A stretch of DNA of 61,944 bases from positions 1-61,944 of the forward strand of contig JANYKA010000041.1 in the NCBI GenBank assembly GCA_025358315.1. Reading direction: 5' to 3'. The DNA comes from Gemmatimonadota bacterium (GTDB taxonomy: Bacteria; Gemmatimonadota; Gemmatimonadetes; Gemmatimonadales; Gemmatimonadaceae). Positions 55,013 to 61,944 of this stretch are shown piece after piece; the stretch's first letter is position 1, and the number at the start of each line of letters is the position of its first letter. A model generated the notes under the pieces. It saw only the letters and a program-made list of their open reading frames with translations. It made no database searches and had not been told where the DNA came from. Position numbers and translations under genes: made by a program.

Positions 55013-55572
55013 TACCAGAGGGCGCGTACCGCGATGCCGGTGGTAATCGCAATCAGCTGGCCCACCAGCACATCACCAGGATAATGCGCTCCAAGCCGCA
55101 CGCGTGAAAAGCCGACCAGCGCCGCCAGCGCGAGCATGGGAATGCCCAGCGAATGGAAGTTGGCCGCGTGAATGAATGCGACACTCATGACTGAAGCGGC
55201 GTGACCGCTCGGGAATGAGAAACGGTCCGGCAACTCGACATGTGATTTGAGCAGTATTCGCTCAGCCGGACGCACGCGGATCACATTGCGCTTGATCACT
55301 TGTACGATCAGGTGAGATATCGCCAGCGCCCACGCCGCCTGCACGGCGACAATTTTTGCATGTCCTTCCGCCAGAACCAGCGGCACCAACGCAAAGGCGA
55401 TGCTCGCGCCCAATCCGCCAACGTGCGTCAGCATGGTCCAGAAAATCAACGTCGTCCTGGACGCGGATTCCCGGATCACCCAGCGCATGTACAGCGCTCT
55501 ATCCCGGTCGTCGAGACGGTGGATGAAGGTACTGCGAAACATGCGTTTTAACTTAGCGTTAGTTGGGGGCAA
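55012..55572 (-). CDS. PAP2-family phosphatase (lipid / undecaprenyl-diphosphate phosphatase-like)
   Basis: 186-aa ORF with the acid-phosphatase motifs KRNVIRVRP, PSGH and SRVRLGAHYPGDV. It is multi-TM, and its stop overlaps the GT4 start by 1 nt. Confidence 0.85.
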   Translation of the reverse strand: MPPTNAKLKRMFRSTFIHRLDDRDRALYMRWVIRESASRTTLIFWTMLTHVGGLGASIAFALVPLVLAEGHAKIVAVQAAWALAISHLIVQVIKRNVIRVRPAERILLKSHVELPDRFSFPSGHAASVMSVAFIHAANFHSLGIPMLALAALVGFSRVRLGAHYPGDVLVGQLIAITTGIAVRALW

Positions 55573-55652
55573 ATGGGGCCGCCGCTTGCGAATTGGCTCA
55601 AAAAGACCGACCGTTGGCCGGACAGCATTCGCCCACCCCGTTCAAGGACGAT

Positions 55653-56402
55653 ATGACCGAGCCCAGCGCTTCCCCCGCGCCAGCCACGCCAGACAAAGCC
55701 GGACTGTTCGAAGATTTTATCGATATTTTTGGGTCGCCGGCGAAGGTATTCGCCCGCCGTGCGCAAGCGAATCCGATGATTTCTTTTCTGATCGTGAGCA
55801 TTGTTCTGATCGCACTATTCTTCGCGAGCAAAAACGCGATGGCTCCAATTTTTGATGCGCAGTACCAGAAGGGTATCGCGGCGGCCATGAAGTCCAATCC
55901 CAGTCTGACGGCCGATCAGATGGCCAAAGGCCGCGGCTTCGCCGATATCGCCATCATTGTAACGGTTTCGATTGTTATCCCCATTTCCCTATTACTCATC
56001 GCCCTCGTCGGGTTCGTATGCGCACGAGTATTCGGCGGAACCATTACATATGCCACCGCACTGATGGTCGCGTCGTATGCCTATGTGCCACGCATTGTCG
56101 GTTCGATTGGCGTGATGATCCAAACGCTCGTTTTGGACACCACTAAGCTCACGTCAATGCATCAGCTCGAGCTTGGGCCCGGACGGTTCTTCGATCCAGT
56201 CACCACATCCCCGCTCCTGCTGGGTCTGCTCAGCCGATTCGACATCATCACCTTATGGGTCACCGTCCTACTGGCGATTGGCTTGGTGACGGTCGGCAAA
56301 GTTCCGAGAGCCAAAGTTGCCATAGTCGCCATCGCGTTCTGGCTGATCGGCGCTATCCCGGTATTGTTTGGCGCGTGGAGAGAAGCGTCCGCCGCGGGCT
56401 AA
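55653..56402 (+). CDS. Yip1-domain-like integral membrane protein
   Basis: I trimmed the start to the ATG at 55653. It has five predicted TM helices after a ~35-aa cytoplasmic head containing LFEDFIDIFGSPAKVF. The family assignment is from memory only. Confidence 0.5.
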   Translation: MTEPSASPAPATPDKAGLFEDFIDIFGSPAKVFARRAQANPMISFLIVSIVLIALFFASKNAMAPIFDAQYQKGIAAAMKSNPSLTADQMAKGRGFADIAIIVTVSIVIPISLLLIALVGFVCARVFGGTITYATALMVASYAYVPRIVGSIGVMIQTLVLDTTKLTSMHQLELGPGRFFDPVTTSPLLLGLLSRFDIITLWVTVLLAIGLVTVGKVPRAKVAIVAIAFWLIGAIPVLFGAWREASAAG

Positions 56403-56405
56403 CCG

Positions 56406-57761
56406 CTATAACAGTTTCGGTAAGTCCATCGTATATGCCTCGTCCCGGCCGGCGCGCTCGTGCGTGAGCGCGCCGCCGTGCGACGTGGCGATCCAACGGA
56501 CAATCGCCAGACCAAGGCCCTGCCCCTCTCCGGTATACGGCGCATCAGCCCCGGACCGCGCGGCGTTGCGAACAACGATCTGCGCACGCTCGCCAACTAT
56601 CCGAACCGACGTTACCACCGGCGCCGATTCGTCACCGTGACGACACGCATTCTCCAGTAGCTCCAACATTGCTTCGCGCAACAAGTGTGAATTGCCGCGC
56701 ACCGTCACATGGGCAATATCGCCAAGAACGAGCGTCCTTCCGAGAGAGTCGGCGCGTCGGCGCATGAGGTCCGTGGTTTCGAAGACGAGCCCGTCAAGTT
56801 CCACATTCTCATCGAGGTGCACCGGCTCGCCCGCCTGCGACTCGGCGAGCAAAAACAGCTCGTCCACACGTCGTTGCATTTGTTCCGCCGCAACGCGGAC
56901 TCGGCCGAGCGCTCCAGCGAGTTCTTCCGGAGTGCGAGGTGCGGCCAGCGCGTGCGCCGCCTCGCCCAGCACCAGTGTCAGTGGCGTCCGAATCTGGTGA
57001 GCTGCTTCGCGGACAAATCCCCGATTGCGCCGTTCGGCCGCATCGAGCCGATCGAGCAGCAAATTAAATTCCGCCGCAACCACGCCAGTCTCATCGCGGG
57101 GCTCGGCGACGGGCAATCGCTGCGTGAGGTCTCCGGGTGTGATGTCCGCGATCGACGCACCGAGGGCGCGCATCGGACGCAACGCCCGATGCGACAGGGC
57201 ATAACCGGCCGCGAGACTCACAAGCAGGATCAACGGCGCGGCAAGCCCGAGCGCCCCTCCCAGCACCTTCGTATCAGCCTCGATTCCTTCAATGGAGCCG
57301 AATGCGATAACGTGAAACCGCCACGTCCGCCCACTCGGACTTTTAACTACTGTGTGTTCGGCGAACGCCCGCAAATCATCGTGATGATCGGTGATATCGA
57401 ACCACGATGATGACGCCGAATGTGGCCAGGCCGACAGCACGCGCGGCAACTCGCCCTGATCCGCTCGCGCCGCGACGACGGCACCGGAATCGTTCGCAAT
57501 AATGAATTGATCGTCGTTCTGTGGCCACGCATTTAAAACAGCGTGAGCGGCGATGCCCAGTGACGAATCCGGCGCCGCACCAAGTTCGCGGGCCAAGCCG
57601 TTCTGGACGCCGACGAGTGTCTGAGCCAATCGGGTATCGAGCCGGCGGTTCGATTCATGCCAGAGGTAACCGAGCGCCGCTGCAGTGAGAATGCCCAGTG
57701 CAATCAGAAACGCGATGGCAAAGCCGGCCGCGAGACGAAGACGGAGCCGATTAAAGGACAT
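56406..57761 (-). CDS. two-component sensor histidine kinase
   Basis: 451-aa ORF with two TM helices flanking a periplasmic domain and a HAMP domain. It has an H-box (EAAHQIRTPLT), an N-box (LLENACRHG) and a G2 box (GQGLGLAIV). Confidence 0.9.
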   Translation of the reverse strand: MSFNRLRLRLAAGFAIAFLIALGILTAAALGYLWHESNRRLDTRLAQTLVGVQNGLARELGAAPDSSLGIAAHAVLNAWPQNDDQFIIANDSGAVVAARADQGELPRVLSAWPHSASSSWFDITDHHDDLRAFAEHTVVKSPSGRTWRFHVIAFGSIEGIEADTKVLGGALGLAAPLILLVSLAAGYALSHRALRPMRALGASIADITPGDLTQRLPVAEPRDETGVVAAEFNLLLDRLDAAERRNRGFVREAAHQIRTPLTLVLGEAAHALAAPRTPEELAGALGRVRVAAEQMQRRVDELFLLAESQAGEPVHLDENVELDGLVFETTDLMRRRADSLGRTLVLGDIAHVTVRGNSHLLREAMLELLENACRHGDESAPVVTSVRIVGERAQIVVRNAARSGADAPYTGEGQGLGLAIVRWIATSHGGALTHERAGRDEAYTMDLPKLL

Positions 57762-58443
57762 CGGCCGGCACCGCGCGGTCGGTCAATGCATAGCCCACAC
57801 CGCGAATCGTGTGGAGCAGTGGCACGGCACCGACAATATCAATTTTTCGACGCACGCGCCCCACGAGTACATCCACCGCATTTGCCACGGGCTCGAAGTT
57901 GTCGTCCCAGACGTGCTCGAGAATATCCGACCGGCTCAGCGCCCGCCGCGGATTGCGCAATAAATACTCCAACAGCGCGAATTCGCGTGCCGTCAGTTCA
58001 ATTTCTTCCTTTCCACGCATTGCCCGTCGCGTCCCCGGATCGAGCGTGAGATCGACGAGCCGCAGTACCGGTTCTAGTGACTGCACCGGTCGGCGCGCCA
58101 ATGCCCGTAGTCGCGCCAGCAACTCTTCGACAGCAAACGGTTTGGCGAGATAATCATCGGCACCGGCATCAAGGCCCTTCACGCGATCGTTCACCGCGTT
58201 GCGCGCCGTGAGGAGCAAGATCGGTGTGCGATCGTTGCGGGCGCGCAACCGTTTGCACAGTTCGAACCCACCGATGCCAGGTAGCCCGACATCCACTACC
58301 GCTAAATCATATTCGTTGCGGGCCATCGCTTCGAGCGCGCGCTTGCCGTCCGGCGCCGCATCCGCCGCCCATGCCGCCTCGTGCAACACCCGCAATAAAA
58401 ACTCGCGGACGTCCGGCTCGTCTTCGACAACCAATACTCGCAT
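57751..58443 (-). CDS. OmpR-family response regulator
   Basis: 230-aa ORF with a receiver domain (VLVVEDEP, DLAVVDVGLPG, KP) and a winged-helix output domain (LTAREFALLEYL, TIRGVGYAL). It overlaps the HK gene by 11 nt. Confidence 0.93.
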   Translation of the reverse strand: MRVLVVEDEPDVREFLLRVLHEAAWAADAAPDGKRALEAMARNEYDLAVVDVGLPGIGGFELCKRLRARNDRTPILLLTARNAVNDRVKGLDAGADDYLAKPFAVEELLARLRALARRPVQSLEPVLRLVDLTLDPGTRRAMRGKEEIELTAREFALLEYLLRNPRRALSRSDILEHVWDDNFEPVANAVDVLVGRVRRKIDIVGAVPLLHTIRGVGYALTDRAVPADVL

Positions 58444-58522
58444 ACCTGAATCAACCGCCCCGATTGGCGCTCAGCAACCTATAAAATACGCCACCCGCTG
58501 CCGGCCCCGTACGTTCTAGCGA

Positions 58523-58564
58523 CCCGCTGCCCGCTGCCCGCTGCCCGCTGCCCGCTGCACGCTG
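58523..58564. repeat. heptanucleotide tract (CCCGCTG)x5 plus one variant
   Basis: Five perfect CCCGCTG units run from 58523 to 58557, followed by CACGCTG. The tract lies 80-120 nt upstream of the response-regulator start and is flanked by direct repeats ATACGCCACCCGC...CCCCGTACG (58486-58516 and 58570-58594). Confidence 0.9.
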
Positions 58565-58619
58565 CCGTTATACGCCACCCGCCCCGTACGCTTCAACAAC
58601 CTCTCGATCCTACCAAGAA

Positions 58620-61600
58620 TCAAGATTGCGCGTTTGACAGTCGATACCCTCGACCCCTGATCGCCACCAGTAGTACCGGCACCACGAACAACGTCACCGG
58701 CGTCGACAACGCCAACCCGCCGATCACCGCCAGCGCGAGCGGTTTCTGCAACTCACTCCCCGCGCCAATGCCCAGCGCCAACGGAAGCAATCCAAACAGC
58801 GTGCACAACGTCGTCATCAGAATCGGCCGCAACCGCACGCGCGCCGCCTCGCAGATGCCCGTCTCCAGATCCACACCATCTGATTCCATGCGATGCTTCG
58901 TGAAATCCAAAAGAATAATCCCGTTTTTCACAATAAGACCAACCAATAGAATCAACCCCATAAAGCTCGAAACATTCAACGCCGTGCCGGTGATCAACAA
59001 CAGCGCCAGCGCACCCACAAACGAGAGTGGTGCGGCGAGCAGTACCACCAAGGGCTCCACAAACGACCGGAACTGTACCACCATCACGGCCATCACACTG
59101 AGCGCTGCCAGAGCCAGCACCACCAGCAAAGCGCGAAATGCTGCCTGCTGGCTCGCGTATCGTCCGCCGAGCTCCACGCGGATTCCCGGCGGCGCCGGAT
59201 TGGCGTCAAGCAACGCCTTCACATCCGCCATGACCACGCTCAATGCCCGCTCGCCCACACCGGATGTGATCGTGATCATCTGCTGCTGATTTTCACGGAG
59301 GTATGCGCTTCGCACGTCGGCGGTTGTGAAATCCGCCAGTGATGCCAAGGGTGCCGCCTGATGCGTCGCCGGCGCGAACACCGGCAACGCGCCGAGCCGT
59401 CGGGCAGTGAACCGCACCGAGTCGGGGGCACGCACCCGCACGCCAATCGAACGGTCGTCGAGCCGCACGTCACCGGCCCGCACACCCAGTAGCGCACCGC
59501 TGACCGCTGAGCTCACCTGCTGAGCCGACAGTCCCAATCGCCCGGCTTCGTCGCCCCGGATCTTCATCGACATTTCGGCGTTCGGTTCCGCGATGCCGCC
59601 AAAGAAATCATCGAGTCCTTCGATCTTCTGGACCTTGGGTGACAAGACACTGGCATACGTCTCGAGCGCCTTCAAGTCGGAGCCGAACAATTTGATTTCC
59701 ATCGGCCGGCTCGATCCGCTCAGGTCGTCCAGCACATCCGAAAGAATCTGGATGAACTCCACGCGAAAGCGCGGTACTGCCGACGCCACTTTGCCACGCA
59801 CTTCATCGATCACCTTGGTAATGTCGCGGTGGCGCTGACTGGTCGGCAACAGGCGCACCGCGATGTCGCCACGATTCTGCTCGGTGGCAAACAATCCGAG
59901 TTCCGCGCCCGTCCGTCTCGAGATGCCCGTGATCTCCGGCGTCTCGACCAGAATCTTCTCGACGGTGTGCAGTTGGCGATCCGTCTCGGCGAGCGCCGTG
60001 CCGCCCGGACTCCAATAGTCGAGAATGAACGCGCCCTCATCCATTTCCGGCAGAAAACCGGTGCCCACCAATGCGTACGCTCCAATGCCGGCCGCCACCA
60101 GCACCACGGCCGCTACAACCATCCATCGCCCGTGATGCAGCACGCTCGTGAGTGCACGGACATATGAGTTCGACAGAGAGTCGAGCGCTGTACCAATTCG
60201 GACAAACAAGCCGGACGTCGGGCGACTGTCATGCTCGGCGTCCTTCGCGGTCAAAAACTGTTCACTGAATAGTGGAATTATCGTGACGGCAAGCACGAGC
60301 GACACCAGCACGCTGATTGTGAGCGTGAGCGAGAGCGCCGCAAAGAACTGCCCCGCCACTCCTTCAAGCATTCCGAGCGGCAGGAACACCACCACGGTCG
60401 TGAGCGTCGACGTGGTTACCGGCCAGATCAGTTCTTGCAGTGCGTCGCGAATGGCTGCCGTGCGATCGCCGGTGAGGCGCAGGTGACGCACAATATTCTC
60501 AGTGATCACCACCGCATCGTCGATCACCAACCCAATCGCAATCGCCATCGCACCGAGCGTCATCAGGTTGAACGTTTGCCCAAACAACCGCATCATGAAC
60601 ACGGTGATCGCAAGCGTCAGCGGGATTGCCGTGGCGCTGATCGCCGTGATGCGGGCGTGCCGCAAAAAGAGCAACAAAATAATTACAGCAAGTAGCGCAC
60701 CAATGAGCATCGAGTCGCGCACGGACGATACGGCATCGCGCACCAGCGCCGCCTGATCGTACACGGGCTTGAGATGCACGCCGGGCGGCAGCGCCTTCGC
60801 CATATCCCTGACCGCACCCGCCACGCTGTCGGCAATGGCGACGGTGTTCCCGCCGATTTGCCGCGTGATATTCAGCAGCGCCGCCGGGCGACCATCACCG
60901 GCGACAATCCGAACATGGTCTTCCGTTCCGGGCAGTACTGTCGCGATGTCGCGAACCCGGAGGGCCCCTTTCACAACGACGTTGCCAATATCCTCTGCCG
61001 AGTGTGCTTCTTGTGCCGACACGACGAGATACTGTTTGTAGTCCTGCGCCACGCGACCCACGGCGTCCACGGCGATCCCCTGCCGAATCGCCGCTGCCAG
61101 ATCTTCATACGTGAGACCGGCCGCGGCGAGCCGCGACGGCTCGGCGATCACTTCGATCTCGCGGACATCAGTGCCCTGGACCTCCACCCGCCCCACACCG
61201 GGCACGCGCGATAACACCGGCTTGATCTGATAACGTGCGATATCGAACAGCGTTGCCGGATCGCCACCTTCAAGGTTGTACGACAGCACCGGAAACAGCG
61301 CCGGCGTGAGCCGCTCAATTTGGATGTCGATGCCAGGCGGAAGGTCGCCACGGATCTCTTCGACGCGCGTTCGCACCAACTGCAGCACGTACGGCATGTC
61401 GGTGCCTTCGGCGAAACTCACCGAGACCTCGCTGCCGCCGCGGATCGAGCGCGATTTCACGCGCTCCACGCCCGGGACGATACTCACCGCCTCTTCCAAC
61501 GGCCTCGTGATGGCGAAGATCACCTGCCGTGCACCGAGTGACGATCCTTCCGCGACAATCGTGATGCGCGGGAACGTCAGCTCCGGATAGATCGCCGACG

Positions 61601-61718
61601 GCAGCTGCAGCGCCGCCCAGACGCCCGCGGCGCTGAGCAGCGCAACGGCGAGGTATATGAAGCGGCGCTGCGACGCGAGCACGTCGAACAGCGACCAGGC
61701 CTGCGCACTGTCGCTCAC
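58620..61718 (-). CDS. RND efflux permease, HAE1 (AcrB-like) type
   Basis: 1032-aa ORF with 12-TM RND architecture. The TM4 motif is AIGLVIDDAVVITENI (the DD type, contrasting with the DFG...DGA type of the czcA-like gene). Confidence 0.9.
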   Translation of the reverse strand: MSDSAQAWSLFDVLASQRRFIYLAVALLSAAGVWAALQLPSAIYPELTFPRITIVAEGSSLGARQVIFAITRPLEEAVSIVPGVERVKSRSIRGGSEVSVSFAEGTDMPYVLQLVRTRVEEIRGDLPPGIDIQIERLTPALFPVLSYNLEGGDPATLFDIARYQIKPVLSRVPGVGRVEVQGTDVREIEVIAEPSRLAAAGLTYEDLAAAIRQGIAVDAVGRVAQDYKQYLVVSAQEAHSAEDIGNVVVKGALRVRDIATVLPGTEDHVRIVAGDGRPAALLNITRQIGGNTVAIADSVAGAVRDMAKALPPGVHLKPVYDQAALVRDAVSSVRDSMLIGALLAVIILLLFLRHARITAISATAIPLTLAITVFMMRLFGQTFNLMTLGAMAIAIGLVIDDAVVITENIVRHLRLTGDRTAAIRDALQELIWPVTTSTLTTVVVFLPLGMLEGVAGQFFAALSLTLTISVLVSLVLAVTIIPLFSEQFLTAKDAEHDSRPTSGLFVRIGTALDSLSNSYVRALTSVLHHGRWMVVAAVVLVAAGIGAYALVGTGFLPEMDEGAFILDYWSPGGTALAETDRQLHTVEKILVETPEITGISRRTGAELGLFATEQNRGDIAVRLLPTSQRHRDITKVIDEVRGKVASAVPRFRVEFIQILSDVLDDLSGSSRPMEIKLFGSDLKALETYASVLSPKVQKIEGLDDFFGGIAEPNAEMSMKIRGDEAGRLGLSAQQVSSAVSGALLGVRAGDVRLDDRSIGVRVRAPDSVRFTARRLGALPVFAPATHQAAPLASLADFTTADVRSAYLRENQQQMITITSGVGERALSVVMADVKALLDANPAPPGIRVELGGRYASQQAAFRALLVVLALAALSVMAVMVVQFRSFVEPLVVLLAAPLSFVGALALLLITGTALNVSSFMGLILLVGLIVKNGIILLDFTKHRMESDGVDLETGICEAARVRLRPILMTTLCTLFGLLPLALGIGAGSELQKPLALAVIGGLALSTPVTLFVVPVLLVAIRGRGYRLSNAQS

Positions 61719-61944
61719 GGCTTTCCGCCCGTCACGACTTTCGTGCTGTCATCCACCCCGTACGCGCCCTTGGTCACGATGCGCTCCCCCGCCTTGAGCC
61801 CATCGGCGATCCATACGCCCTTGTCCGACCGCGCGCCCACCTTCACCTCGCGCGCATGCGCGATGCTCCCGTCGTCGACGACGAACAGCTTGAATCCCTC
61901 ACCGGTCGGCACGAGCGCGTCGTTCGGCACCATCACGGCGTTCG
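61715..61944 (-). CDS. RND periplasmic adaptor (MFP), C-terminal fragment truncated by the window edge
   Basis: The ORF is open to the window end. The C-terminal pattern ...VPTGEGFKLFVVDDGSIAHAREVKVGARSDKGVWIADGLKAGERIVTKGAYGV is typical of MFP beta-barrel/MP domains. Its stop overlaps the RND start. Confidence 0.8.
   Translation of the reverse strand, partial: NAVMVPNDALVPTGEGFKLFVVDDGSIAHAREVKVGARSDKGVWIADGLKAGERIVTKGAYGVDDSTKVVTGGKP

Overview
This is a 61.9-kb, high-GC (roughly mid-60s percent by eye), very tightly packed chromosomal segment from a diderm bacterium. The gene content suggests a Gemmatimonadota-like soil organism, but that is only a guess. I support about 50 protein genes, one tRNA-Asn and two pseudogenes.

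Minus-strand block (58-9926): pdxA, two parvulin-type PPIases, mfd, a BatA-like VWA protein and a DUF58 protein.

Long plus-strand run with overlapping or near-abutting genes (10272-21647): lepA, a GT9 heptosyltransferase, ROK and PfkB kinases, an uncharacterised GHKL-ATPase / STAS-like / small-barrel trio, a Cys/Met PLP enzyme, ftsEX with an EnvC-like M23 peptidase, and nfo.

Remaining plus-strand genes, in order:
- a czcCBA-type metal efflux operon preceded by a small Cys-motif protein
- maeB-pckA and an HD-domain protein
- uvrA, tRNA-Asn, purEK
- an ECF sigma / ZAS anti-sigma pair next to a triply disrupted hybrid histidine kinase
- holB-moaC

Remaining minus-strand genes:
- an ABC exporter / triple-FHA / PP2C operon
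- a Moco oxidoreductase with a cytochrome b subunit
- a cell-envelope cluster containing MltD-like, class A beta-lactamase-like, GT4 and PAP2 genes
- an OmpR/HK pair downstream of a second (HAE1-type) RND pump

I found no integrase, transposase, CRISPR array, reverse transcriptase or recognisable defence genes.

The most unusual content is mostly non-coding:
- a 57-bp perfect inverted repeat enclosing phased TCTCCCAC arrays, filling the whole exporter/uvrA divergent spacer
- a ~420-bp repeat-dense, hairpin-rich island upstream of the ECF sigma gene
- a foldback element built from phased ATCCGTG heptamers, with a second partial copy 30 kb away
- an in-frame 9-nt VNTR and a promoter-proximal heptanucleotide tract

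The best candidate for an undescribed protein system is the translationally coupled GHKL/STAS/double-psi-barrel trio at 15106-16843. All functional calls rest on motif recognition by eye, because no database search was possible.
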